Positions 38,399 through 51,012 are shown, counted from the stretch's first letter. The stretch is 64,000 nt of DNA from Magallana gigas (GCF_963853765.1 NC_088855.1:48670001-48734000); one strand, 5' to 3'. Numbers and translations are program-made. Notes: a model not told the origin generated them from the letters alone.

Positions 38399-40693
38399 CT
38401 AGATTTTCCTCTTCGGGATTTTGAATATTTTTACAGTATTTTTCTCTACTTTGGACAAGGTCATATGCTGTTGGGTGACCAAAACTCGATCCCCGCCCGG
38501 ACTGACGCACAGCTTGTGGGGGTTGGAAATGCCGTCAATTATAATGGCTCCGATTATCTGTCCCTCAGTGGACATTTCCAAAACGTTGTGAGACCGATTC
38601 CCCGCCACAAAGAGACGCGTCCCATGAACAGCGACCCCTCGTGGTCCTTTTAGGTGGTGATACCTGATTTCCCATCGCTTTTCTCCCTTCAGTGTCAGTG
38701 ATAGTACCGACTTCTTGTACCTATCTGTAACAAACAGGTTGCTGCCGTCTTTGTCAACTGTGATGTAATCAGGAAAAAAAAATAAGTCCTGTCCAAACTG
38801 ATCTTGTGTGAATACCTTCAGTTCTCGTCCGTCGCGAGACATGATTTTAACAGATGGCGGTGAAGTATAGCACGAAATGGCAAAAAGATCTTGTGTGCAC
38901 CCGATTCCAAAACATTTCGCCCCAGTTTGAAATCCCCCAACGATTGTGAACTCGGTATCTTTGACTGAAAAGAGTAAAACCTTTTTCTCTTTTGGGAGAG
39001 TGACGGCCACATCGGTTCCACTACAACTGGCGATGTCGTAAGGTCTCACTGAGAGGACTTTCTCAGTTATCCACTTGTACTGATGATCAAAGAGCTTCAG
39101 CTTTCTGTGAACTTGGTCGACAAGGACTATTCGACCATTTCCTATAAACACGGCTCCCGTCAGAGAGCAGTTCTCTCGGTCGTTTGGTGTTTGTCCACGA
39201 AAGGTGCTATCAAGAGTAGCAAGGCGAACACTTGGAGGTCTCGGTTTCCAAGTACTTGGGGTTGATACATGCACACCTTTCTGTAGTGTGGAGATTGAAG
39301 TACTTGATACTGGGGTAGATACATGCCCGATTTTCTTTTGAGTAGAGATAGCTGTACTCGAGATTGGAGGCAATACAGAATTCTTAAAATCTTTTAGCTC
39401 TTCAAAAGGGTTTTCATTTTGCTTCATATCATCCTCCTTCTCAATTGTTGGATGATGGTGGTCTTCTGAATCTTCTCTTACCTCAGTTATTAAAACAGTG
39501 TCGGCTCGTACGGCATAAGAAGGCGGAATAAGAATGCTCTGTCTAGTCACGGCAAAGCTCCCCAGTTCCTTCAACTGGTTTAATAATGATGGAAGGTTTT
39601 TGTCTGGTTTGAAATCGACGTTGACATCTTTTAGGTTGTTTGAAATGTTCCTCAACGATTTTTCGCTTAAGCGAGTCTCTTTCTTTATTTTGGCGATGCA
39701 CGACAACAAGTCGTTTTCCGTGCCATGTTTCATAGCGTTTTTTAAAAGTGCGCTGGAGTTTCGTGTTGTACTAATGATACCTTGGCACGTCTCTTTCTCT
39801 GACTCCAAGATTTCCATTTCTGTTGTTTTCAGTTCTTCCAATTCTTCTAGTATGCGAGTCTCTTGAGCATCCAAAACATCGTTAATTTGCTTTCTGATGT
39901 TAGCTATTTGATTCTTCACATGTTTGGCCGTGTCTTCAAGTGCATCTACGCAGTGTTTGCGGTTATCCATGATTCGGACCGACCAGTCTGTCTGATGCTT
40001 CAAATTTTCAATAAGTGTGTTGGTTTCCTCTTTGCATGCGGTAGCTGCCTCGTGGCATGTTTTTACACTTGAGCAATGTCTGTGGCTAGCTGTTACACAT
40101 GTATCGCACAAAACCACTCCATGGTCGTCACAATAAAAATCAAGAAACCTTCCTTCGTGATCTGGACACAGAGCGTGAATCGAGGTACTCTTGAAGGGTA
40201 GATGTTTGATGTTTTCTATTTCAAAGGAATGATGAGACTGGGTAAACTTCATACTGCTGTGGACTTGATTGCATTCCTCGCACAAGGATTCGTCGCAATC
40301 GTCACACCAATAGCGGGCGAGGGACTTCCGATTCCGGTGAAGACACGTGTCGCATCGCCTGTCTTCTGCGCGTAACTTTGCAGCATTAAGTAATCCATTT
40401 AGAAAATTGTTGGCTGGTAATACATTCGCCCATGATTCGGTTGGGACGTGCCCTGGACCCTCATTAGTGCGTTTACAAACGGGACAAGTAAACGATTTAG
40501 GCGGTCTTTGGTCATTCGTACTCTGAAGAATGTGTTCTGAAATGCAGTCATGACAGAACGAATGGAGGCAAGAGAGTGTGCGCGGGTCGCTGAAATCCTC
40601 AGAACATATCGGGCACACTAGGAACTCCTCAGCAATGTCGCTGAGATCGGCGATACTCCCTGCCAGACTTCTGTGGGTCAAACGAGAAGTCAT
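38399..40693 (-). CDS. TRIM-family E3 ubiquitin ligase (RING, B-box1, B-box2, coiled coil, NHL/beta-propeller; TRIM2/3/56/71-like), 764 aa, single coding exon
   Basis: 764-aa ORF with C3HC4 RING (CPICSEDF...SCLHSFCHDC...CPVC), B-box1 (CDTC...CDDCDESLCEECNQVH), B-box2 (CPDH...YCDDHGVVLCDTCVTASHRHC), a heptad-rich helix and NHL-like repeats (PDYITVDKDGSNLFVTD; GPRGVAVHG; PHKLCVSPGG). A 5'UTR intron is inferred: donor at 40797/40796, TAGCAG acceptor just before the ATG. Confidence 0.95.
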   Translation of the reverse strand: MTSRLTHRSLAGSIADLSDIAEEFLVCPICSEDFSDPRTLSCLHSFCHDCISEHILQSTNDQRPPKSFTCPVCKRTNEGPGHVPTESWANVLPANNFLNGLLNAAKLRAEDRRCDTCLHRNRKSLARYWCDDCDESLCEECNQVHSSMKFTQSHHSFEIENIKHLPFKSTSIHALCPDHEGRFLDFYCDDHGVVLCDTCVTASHRHCSSVKTCHEAATACKEETNTLIENLKHQTDWSVRIMDNRKHCVDALEDTAKHVKNQIANIRKQINDVLDAQETRILEELEELKTTEMEILESEKETCQGIISTTRNSSALLKNAMKHGTENDLLSCIAKIKKETRLSEKSLRNISNNLKDVNVDFKPDKNLPSLLNQLKELGSFAVTRQSILIPPSYAVRADTVLITEVREDSEDHHHPTIEKEDDMKQNENPFEELKDFKNSVLPPISSTAISTQKKIGHVSTPVSSTSISTLQKGVHVSTPSTWKPRPPSVRLATLDSTFRGQTPNDRENCSLTGAVFIGNGRIVLVDQVHRKLKLFDHQYKWITEKVLSVRPYDIASCSGTDVAVTLPKEKKVLLFSVKDTEFTIVGGFQTGAKCFGIGCTQDLFAISCYTSPPSVKIMSRDGRELKVFTQDQFGQDLFFFPDYITVDKDGSNLFVTDRYKKSVLSLTLKGEKRWEIRYHHLKGPRGVAVHGTRLFVAGNRSHNVLEMSTEGQIIGAIIIDGISNPHKLCVSPGGDRVLVTQQHMTLSKVEKNTVKIFKIPKRKI

Positions 40694-42159
40694 CTGCTAA
40701 ACAGAGTAGACTCACAGAAAACAGGCAAGGAAGCGAGTGAAATCTTTATCATGGAATAAAATATGTATACAAATTTAAGAATACATTAAAACTTTACCTT
40801 TCGAATGAAGTAAGTTTTTACTGCTAGTTTCTCGTTGTTTTTCCATTGCTATGTCGAAATCAAGAGGACAACTGTAGGATAAGAGCTGTAAATTTCGACA
40901 CGTTGACAATGGACTCGCCTGTCTGCAACGTTGCGTTTTACCGAGCTCGTTTCTGTTTATCTATGTAATTTCTTTTTTCTTTTAAACAGACATAGATATT
41001 CACCTCATTGCTTTTTGATAACGTTCATTATGAAATTTTTAAGTAACATTAGTTAACTAACAAAATGGTAAGTAAAAAAAATCAACTTTAACTATCAATA
41101 CATTATGCTAAATTTTTCTCTTTTTATAATCATAATTAATAAATTTTATTAATTTGGGGGTTTTCTGTACATGAATCAATTACAGATTAAATCAATAATA
41201 CATGATTTTTAGAAATTGTTCTATAATGAATGGTTCTTTTTATCAAGTATCAATAACACAAATTAATTTGTTTTAAAATCGTAAGAAAGATGTGACCGAG
41301 AACATTATCTTTAAGTAGGTTTTGTTTGTGAACGCAAATTGAAAGAAAACGTTCAATGACTTGTCGCATAAATTTACTTTAGATAAACAAAAGAATTCTT
41401 AACTCTGGAAATCGTTATATGCAATCTATGCTTATACAAGCAACTTTATTAAAGTTTTGAATAACCGTCTCGGATCCTTTAAAATATAATAGAGGATCAC
41501 ACTAAATGCTATTGACCTTGATTTTAGTGTAATTATAAAACAAATAAAATTTCTGGTTCCATTTTTATCCAGATTTTGACCTTCACAGCTGGAACCCTCG
41601 ATATTCCTAAGTGCATCTTAATGATTTCAATTTAAAAACATCTGGGTCCCGAACAATCCCAAATCATTTTACAGTTGTGTGTATCCGGAGTTTCCCGAAC
41701 GCTAGATAAAAATCACCATCTAATGAGAAAAGAGCTCAATGAGAGGGAGAGCAGAGACGTCACTTGACCAAATTATCACGTTACATATGCATAAATTTCA
41801 TGATCAATGTAAGGGATATATTTTCAATAGTTGATATATATATAACGAACAATATGAATTCAATAACAGGTGGAAATTGTTCAGCAATATGTCGATATGC
41901 GGCATGGCATATTTTCTGTAGACTGTTTTCAACTACATTTGTATATTTTTTTTTGGTTTTACCGAAGAAAACTATTATGACCAAATTACCTGATCAAGTC
42001 CTTGTTGCATATTTTGCACAGATTTGGTAAACAACAGATAATAAAATAAACTAAATAATATAAGATACCACGGACCGGTTTCTTTTCTGCGCTTGGGCAA
42101 CGAGGTACGTCATATAAATTAAGGTTGTTTGGACTGTGTTAGATGGCACGTGAAGGAAA

Positions 42160-42590
42160 CCAGTACAGTGGACGGTCCAGTGATATATGACATTTAATGA
42201 GGACTAGGGACCAGTATCAGATGGCTTTAGTAGGGGTCAATACTTGGTACCAAAACCAAAACCAGATGATGCTCGATGAGGATCAGTGCTAAAGACCAGT
42301 ACCAGACGACACGTAATAGGACCAATACAATGGACGTCCAGAACCAGACGACAAGTGATGGGGATCAGAAATAGGGATCAGTATCAGATGGCTGTTGTTG
42401 GGGTCACTACTAGGGACCAAAACCAGATGATGCGTGGTGAGGATCAGTACTAAAGATCACTACCAGATGGCACGTAATGGGACCAATAATATTAGGGACC
42501 AGTATATCAGATGCTTGTGTAGGGACCAGCAATACAGTGTATAGACCAGGATCATATGACTGGGACTGATACCATTGCCTGGCATTATAG
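42160..42590. repeat. Degenerate tandem array of gggaccagtatcagatgg-type subunits with a ~165-bp higher-order duplication
   Basis: Block tagggaccagtatcagatggc...gaggatcagtgctaaagaccagtaccagacgacacgtaataggaccaata (~42207-42327) recurs at ~42372-42488. Confidence 0.8.
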
Positions 42591-43330
42591 ATATCACGTG
42601 ACATTACTAGTAATTGCTCTTCCTTTCTATCTTTCTTCCTGGTTATCTATTTTATCATTGAATCAAACCACAGACAGGACCCTATCCATCTGTGGTTGAC
42701 AGGATGCTTTGTTATATCCCTGGATTACAACTCTTCACTAAAACATATTAAAAACGAACAATGAACAAAGCGTTGTTTTACATAATAATCAAGAGCCTCT
42801 CAGAGAAAATACCTGAAGTGTTTGACGCATTCTATAAAGAAACACTTCCGATGCACTGTATTTCTTGTTTTCATAAAAGTGAGATTAAAGAATAATACAG
42901 AAGTATTTATTGTTAAAGACTAAAGAACGGATCATCCAACCTTTGTTGTTGTAGTTTTGTTTTTTATTTTTATTTCATTTTCATAAAGGTCTGACTGTGA
43001 ATGCACGGTCTTCTTTTACATGTAGTGAGCTGTAATAGTTAACGTCCGAAAACACCAGAGACAGTACGTACACCCGGAAGGGGGAGGCTAAAGGTTACTC
43101 TTACCGCCATATAATCTTTGGAATGTCCGTGAATTGAAATAGATCTCTGAAGTGGCGGGAACGAAGTGACTTTCCCACTATATCGAGTCATTAACGTCAT
43201 TTAAATGTTAAAGTCCTGTCCTAGTTTACCCCAGTAAGGCTCTTGTTTATCGTTTTATACATATTAATATACTTCCTTCTCCAAGTCAGTGATTAGACGT
43301 TCTTCGAAGCGAAGAGCCAAAAGGATTGAC

Positions 43331-46300
43331 ATGTCGACGGCGAGGTATAGCGATTCGTTCTGGGTAAGACGATTTTTCATGTTTTTCCTCTTTAAGAATA
43401 GCATTTAAAAAATCATTTATATTACATAATAGGCTTGTGATTGCAGAGAGTCGTTGACAGGTTGAAGTACATTGAATAGATCTTATTAAGAGACACACGA
43501 CTGGTATTAAAAGTACTGTGTCAGTTGAGGATAGCACGGAACGAACTTCCCGGCTATAATTTATTATAATTATAGTCATCATAAAAAAATTCATAAAATC
43601 CGTGTCCTGGATAAATAATAAACTCATTGTACGAAATTGTTTGCGACCACTCAAGATTGAGTTACACAGTTTTCATATTAATTCTTTTGTGTTGTAAATG
43701 TCACATGATAGGACTCGGACATCAACGGTTCCCGGGGGTACGACGAACTGAAGGCCAGGATTAGGGAGGGGAGAAAGCTCTCCAACGAAATAGAAAACTA
43801 CTTCAGACAGAGGTAAACAGTGAACCCTATCCACAGGTGTCTGTGTCACTATCCATTCATTCCCGTCTGTGACAAAGCGGCGGTGTCTGATTTCGCTGCC
43901 CTAACTCTGACTGTTTTCACTTTGTTTACCTCAAATATATCGCCAAACAAGAAAGTTCATCGCTGTTCTTTACCACGAAAGGACGGTGTGGTTTATATCA
44001 TATATCCGTTGAATAACGTTTACAGTATTTCGAGTTTATTTAATACGTAAAGATTTGATAATAATCATATGTATTATATATATCTTTGTTACGAAAGAAA
44101 TTCTTTATCATTGATCGGTTTCGATCTTTAATCAATGATTTATCTAAGTTTGGAGTTATCGACTTGCACCAAGGCAGTAATAATTCGATTTTGTTTTCCA
44201 CGTACTGAGAACCATTTTCTCTCAGGCTCGACAATTGCCTAGATCTTTAAGCGGTGCTGGTACTTTTCCAGCGATTGTTTTTAGTTGTGTTTTCCCGCAT
44301 CCTTGTTTGGCCATTTGTTATCAAGTGTGATCATTTCCTTTTACGGCGTCAATAAAATTTCCCAAAAATAAATAAATGAACAAAAATTAAAATTGTAAGC
44401 GTTGCAAATTATCGTGACGTATAGGGGCAACAATAGATAGTTTATTGTTTGTGTGTAGGATATCTTTATATTTTAAAATGATGTTTATATTTATTATTTG
44501 CACAGGGCGAAAATTGAGAGAGATTACGCTAAAGACTTGCAAAAGCTAGTGGACAATTGTAAACATAAGAATGAATTAGGGTAAGATTAAGATATTCAAT
44601 TTTTGTTAAAATTTACATGCAATATTTCCGAAGTGTATAAAGTCAATGGTAAACATTTCAAAACTTTTCTGGAATTTGACAAATGCATAGATAATAAGAG
44701 ATCTAATTAGAATAGTCACTTTATGATAAGGCAGTCTTACAGTGTGTTGTAATTCTTTATATTGAGTAATTTGACCAATTTTTGAAACAGTCGGTTTAAC
44801 CTTCAAAGTAATAGTTTATCTTTAAAAAAAATAATTAAAAAATCTGGTTTCATAAAGGAACAATTTTTTTCTGAAATGGCTAAAACTGGGTTAAGTACTG
44901 TATCAGAAAGAAATTTTTATTAATCGTCATTGGCATAGGGATACGATGAAATGATGCGTAATTGTTGAATTGGACACAACCGTGTGTTACAGATCTCTGG
45001 AGAAAGCGTGGAGGGATGTGAAGACGGACACATCAAGAATCGCCCAGACCCACGATACAGCGGGGGCAGACTTTGATAAACTGGCCCAAGAAATGTCTTC
45101 TTTTACCGATGAACAAAAGCGTCAATCGAAAGCTGTAAGCCACATTCCTCCCTCAGTACACACAGCTCTTAAAACTAACAAATTAAAATGAAACGTATAT
45201 GTGATACCTAAATATTAATGTCATGGCTGCTGCCAGTCCAAAATAGAAGATAAAACAGAAAAAATTGTTTATGCAAGTAAATTCCCGTTTTCCTGAATAC
45301 ATGCACACTAATTCGTGTTTTATTTTTTAGGCGGAAGATGCAGTTCAGAAACTTCACAGCAACTTAAAATCATCATACAGCAAATTTACAAGTGTAAGTA
45401 TCTTTGCTGTTGCAAATCTCAGGACTCAAAGAGCAAATTTTTTATTTATGTTCAATTATTTAGTTCAAAAGAAAACTGGGAATTTCAAAATTCTTATAAA
45501 ATTTAACTATCTCAGTCTTTCTGTCATTTCTGAAATACGTATGTTAAAACTTCGTAAGTGCAATGAATGAAAGACTAGTATTTATAATATGACATAAAAA
45601 CATTGAATATACATCGATTCTCTGATTCCAATGTTATTTTTTTTTATTTCATAGCAAGAAAAGACCTTCCACCAGAAAGGTGAAACCCACGACGAATTAC
45701 TAAACTCAATCAAATTCATGGAAAACACTCGCAATACCGTAGTACCCAAGGAACTAGAAAAGGTTTGTTTATCTTAGTATGGATATTTTTCTATGTTTCT
45801 AGGGAACAAAATGTGGCAGTGTCATGTACAAATGTATATGTACTATAGATATAAATCGCGTCTTCACTTCTTGTTTTCCGCCTTTTTGATTGGAAAACGG
45901 AAGCTTTATATATCAGCTTGCTGTCTGTTTTAAAAATTGAAATGATTAAGAGACGAAAGCTTTCTAAAGGTGGTCAGGAAACTTAACAACGTTGGCTCGT
46001 TCCTTCGTCTGGAAATATTTGTATGACTTGTGTCTGATAAGGGTCATAATGTTATGACAACATTTCTTCATGTATTAATCTTTCACCAAACTCCGGGAAA
46101 GGTCATAGATTCACTCACAAATCAACATGTTCTAGAATCTCTCACGATATACGATCTCTACACTCGTTTCCCGTTCTAACAGCCTGGGAGTGATTGTTGT
46201 AACCTTTGTAATTAACAATAACGAATTTTTGACAAGTGTTGAATTCCAAACACCAATGTTTAGAGCAGGTAGTTGAGTTTGATTTCGGAAACTGCAGAAA

Positions 46301-49300
46301 ACTTGTTGTGGACATTATAGCCAACATCCTCGTCTTTAACACCATTTCTTTTCTTTTTTGTTATTAGCTGCGAGTAAAAGAGTCCAAAACAAAAGACGAT
46401 CTTGAGAAAAACGGTCAGTTATTTCCATAGGTTTCTTTTAAAAACATCCAAAACATCATCAGGTTTTAATCTTTTTATTAAATTGTGAGAAAAGCAACTA
46501 ATACATCAGATTTAAATGCTATTGTTGAAAGAGGTAACACATAAGAACTTTTTTAATTCCAGAAAATTCCTACAAAAATCTCCACGAGGAGGTCACCAAA
46601 AGTAAAGCAGCATATGAAAGCGAGATGACCAAAATGTGCGAGGTACTCAATAAAACTACCGGTTCTATGATCAGACTTTCCCTACCAAAGACTGGCTAAA
46701 TCATTAGTCTTTCCCCACCACCAGTGACTATTTTGTTCCCTTACAGCTCTCGCTATATGAAAATTTAATTGGATTATATTTTTTCACTTTATTTTGGCTT
46801 ATTATGGGCATTTCTAAGCTTGTTGATATATGCTTTTAATTTGAACGTGTATGTTATCCTTTGCCCTCCCTTAGCTTATTCTTTGCCCTCCCGAAACGGC
46901 GCCATTTCATTCGTGTAATGCGGCTTACCGCAACTTACATCCTACATTGCAATACGGTATACAGGGAAATATTCGTTCCCGTTTTATTTTCACCCCTTAA
47001 ATTTCGCCCTCTTTGTCAACAAGCAAATTTAAGACTGAGCTAGTTCTATTTCTTAAATCATTTTTTTAACACAATTGTGTCTGGCAAATTCAAGACGGAA
47101 CGAAATCGTTTGCAAGTGTAATAAGGAGAAATTAACATGGAGCGAAAATAACCATGCATACAGTGCTGTACCCGCTAACGCTAGTTTGGTTCTAAAGTGT
47201 TTACAAAATCAATATTTTATCATGCATGTTATTAAATTTTAGATCGTCACAAAACAGAAAATCGCGTCATCAGATTATTATCATAATGTAATGTACTTAA
47301 AGTTAAGTAGCACACATCTAAGTCAATACATGCATCAGGAAGTTTACTTTCCCAGAAAAGATCGATATTATAATCATTGTACATGTGATTTTAGATACAT
47401 GTTGTACTATCAGATAAAAACAAAGTAAAGAAATGATTAGTTTTTTTGTTGACCCTCGAAAGCAAATTATAGAAAAAAAATTAGATAAATAAGAGAATGT
47501 TTTATATAACAAGACCGGAAAGAGGAGGTGGAAAATACTTGCTATGAAAGGGGGAAGAATTGGCAAACAGGAAGTCTTTTCCAGAGGAATGGCTTTAAAT
47601 TGTGTCTTGGACTTCTCCAAGAAAAGTTTATTTATACATTCAGCCTTCACCGGGCTCACTACACCTGTTAACATTGGAACATACTGATTACAGTTGAATG
47701 GACACGTTATTACTTTAGTGCACAAATCCATCTCGCTTTCATTTACAGTTGTTCCAGACTTTGGACGAAAAACGAATAGACCACACAAGAGACAATTTAT
47801 GGAAATGCACAAACTTGGAATCCCGGATATGTGTGGAGCAAGACGAGGTTGGCTTCTTTCTTCCATTTTTTTATTTTTCGTTTTATATAATTTTCAGGGT
47901 ACATTCACAAAAAACAAAAAACAATATTTATTTTTTGCATTAGCGTTCTTGCATAACAGAAAGTCGCTCCCACACAATCTGCAATATTCAACATCAATCA
48001 TATCTGATAACTTCTGAAGTTTTCATTTGACAGGCAGCTTGTCATATTTGCTCAAGAGCACATTACCATTATACCTGTATACGCAATAAGAACCTTATCA
48101 AGTATTGATTACCCTACCATACACTTTAAACTTTCAAGTTGCTTGTTTATTAGGCAAAAGTTCTGCGTCAAATAGTAAAATAAACTTTATTCGCCTTTAT
48201 TCGAGGAGGACTAACTTCTATTTGCCAACATTACGCGTTTATAAATTTGCAAAGTTACTGTAAACCAACTTTTATTATCGTGTGAGAAATATCCGCGAGA
48301 TTCGCGAGGGTCTCGTCGTCACAAATATTTCTAACCGCAAACCAGTCTTTGTCATGCGATTTTTAAACACACGGGTCTAGATAAGGCTTGGTCACGAACT
48401 ATAGTCGTCGCGAATCAGTTTATCGGTTGTATATCGCGAAAAAAGTCGTCGCGAATAACAGTTGGTTTACAGTAACTGTTCATACCAACAAAATTGAACT
48501 TAATTGGTTTTTGTATAAATGCACATTAAAAACGTCTAAAATACTCATTTACATGTTTGGCGATTTTCCTTGACCTTGCATAGATTCATTTACATTATAT
48601 TATTAAGTCACTTGTCCAATTCTTTCTTCTTCTTTTTTTAACATAATTCTTTTACCTACATATATTAGTTTTCTTGTATATGTGTGTTCCTTTTATTAAC
48701 TTTTTACAGTTCTTTCACCTGGATTTACTTTCGTTTTTCTTGTTTTGCGGTTTTTTGTGGGGTATTTTTGTGGGTTTTCTATTTGTCTTCAACGTTTGTT
48801 TGATACAATTATTCATTTACAGTATGCTGAGAAGATGCGGCAGAATATAGAGCCATGTGATATAGATGGAGATATACAACTCTATATCAAATATCATAAA
48901 ACAGGCTCAGAAAAACCGCGTAAGTATCGGAAAAGTCCGGTGAAGGGCAAATCAATCGTCAAGTATAGCATAAGTAGAATTACATTCATGTATTAAATGG
49001 GTCATTTATGTACTTTGCAAGCTACTTCAAGGTCGCCTAAGCCGTTAGGAAAGGGTCGATAGTTAGTGTTTTTGGTTCATAGCATACATGTACCAATGTA
49101 ACCAGGAAGTAACCAGGAAGTACAAGCGTTCATAGGTGACACATACATAAACTCAAGTCAAATGTTAAAACTAAAATTGATAACTTCGTAACAAAACTAT
49201 ACAGGTTGAACTGTACTTTGGGTTATCGACGTGGATTATCCTCTATAGACTTTAGTAAGATTGGGTTCTATGGGAGGTGTTGATTTTGTCCCGATACAGC

Positions 49301-49439
49301 ACGTAATCTTATATCTCAAATAAAGTCTTGTGATTTGATATTTGCAGCTAACGTGGCCTATAAGCCGTGCCGTGGAAGGGCCCTCAAAGTCCAAGTAGAC
49401 AAGGGAGATCACCTATACTCGGAGGTCACGCTACACTGA
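43331..49439 (+). CDS. PSTPIP1/2-like F-BAR protein without SH3; 11 coding exons, ~311 aa: join(43331..43363,43712..43812,44506..44580,44993..45134,45331..45393,45655..45762,46368..46413,46563..46642,47749..47847,48823..48919,49348..49439)
   Basis: GT-AG exons in phase (936 nt). MSTARYSDSFWDSDINGSRGYDELKARIREGRKLSNEIENYFRQRAKIERDYAKDL and RIDHTRDNLWKCTNLESRICVEQDEYAEKMRQNIEPCDIDGDIQLYI...KTGSEKP align by eye with the PSTPIP/Cdc15 F-BAR pattern. Confidence 0.88.
46955..47163. mobile_element. Decayed Tc1/mariner-type MITE
   Basis: TA|cggtatacagggaaatattcg ... gcgaaaataaccatgcatacag|tg, degenerate TIRs. Confidence 0.5.
48258..48472. mobile_element. Tc1/mariner-type MITE (215 bp)
   Basis: TA|ctgtaaaccaact ... 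agttggtttacag|TA: perfect TIRs and a TA TSD. Confidence 0.85.
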
Positions 49440-49495
49440 CAGGTAATGATCAACCGTAACTATTCACTGACAGGTAATGATCAACCGAAACTATT
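49434..49495 (+). repeat. 31-bp direct duplication covering the F-BAR stop codon and a downstream splice donor
   Basis: cactgacaggtaatgatcaaccg(t/a)aactatt at 49434 and 49465. Confidence 0.9.
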
Positions 49496-51012
49496 CATCT
49501 AAACGTCGTTTGATTCTAGCATCAAAAGTATCCAAAACAATTTTTCTTATATACAATTCATCTATAAGGTTCACAGAAATATATATATTTTTTTGTATTT
49601 TTCTCTTCAACAGGGACACTGAAGTTACTTTGTAAAAAAGAAACCAGTATTAGTTAAAAATTGATGGAATACAATCTATTTTCTGTATGATGTAGAAAAA
49701 TGAAATTTGGAATATTAGAAGATGTTGAATAGTGACTTGAACATAATGACTTGAGTATTACTTCGTCCATTCTTGTACATCTTTGTGGCAACCCAATTTG
49801 TTCTTTTTTTTAAAGGATCTAATTTTTGTTTAATTGCTTTAAGTTTTTAAAATTCTATCATGCTGCATTATTTCTCTATCATGTGCCATACGACCCTCTG
49901 TGACTTTTAAACATGCATGGTGTTTCACCTACATTTTTCAAAAAGGTCAATCGGGTCTCTTATCATCTGTCAGCAGCCAAAGATCCACTGTACGTGGATG
50001 TAGAGACTGCATTCATTGTAACATAAAGGTTTTTAACTGATTCAAAACACAATAATGAATGTAAAAACACTAGAAAATTCAAAATAAACATGTGTAGTTA
50101 AAAGATTGCCAAGTTCATACATTATTGTATGTTTTTCATTTTTACACTTTTGTAGTAAAATATTAAACATTAGCTTGACTAAATCAACGATATGTACATG
50201 TATATAGCTGTTATTTAATTAATTTTACATATTGGATAATAATGAACATATCCTTGTTTCTGTTACATTTTTCATATGTGGTTGTTTTACATATTGTTCA
50301 TAAATAAATATTTTTTTTATAGTTTACTCTGTTAATTATCAATCATTTAAGCTCTCAATATTAAAATAAATCTGCATTTACATCCATTTTTCAGATAAAT
50401 TTTTGTCTTGAAAGTGAAAACAAAACATGAATACAATTAATATCTTTTTTTTTTTTAAGGGGGGGTGGTTTCTGAATAGACATAATGCTCTTCACCGAAT
50501 TAATTGACTGCACCGTCTTTCATTAAAAAAAATTGAAGTCTTAATTATAGAGGTGCCAACTTGAACTAGGCTTGGACTAGTTTTTTCCTACCTGTAATCT
50601 TTTACTACAGCCAAGAATTTTTAAGAAAGGTAATATTGTTAATACCCCCCCCCCCCCCAAAAAAAAGAGAAAATTTTCTAAACAAAATAACATTTCAATA
50701 TTTGATTAATCTACATTAAACAAATTGATATTATTCATTTGTAAATAGTTAAAAAGATCACAATATAAAAATGAACAAAACATTTTTTATTTTCAATAAA
50801 TTAGCATTTGTTGTATCAACAAAGTAACAAATATTTCATAAAATACTTGTAGTACCTCTCCTTCAATAATGGTACAACATCATCCCCAGTAATGTTTCTC
50901 ATTAAATGGGCGTCTTTTAATACAGATGGTTTCAGTGAGTAATAGTATCGAAAGTTCACTTCCTGTTAATGACCCAGCACTTTAATACTGTCAGTAGCGA
51001 CAGTCGACCTGT

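Noticed and set aside
49614-49636. Downstream exon seeming to encode TEVTL*, echoing the F-BAR C-terminus SEVTLH*
   Set aside because: That frame needs a phase-2 donor and none is available; splicing from exon 10 or 11 gives other frames. Treated as coincidence.
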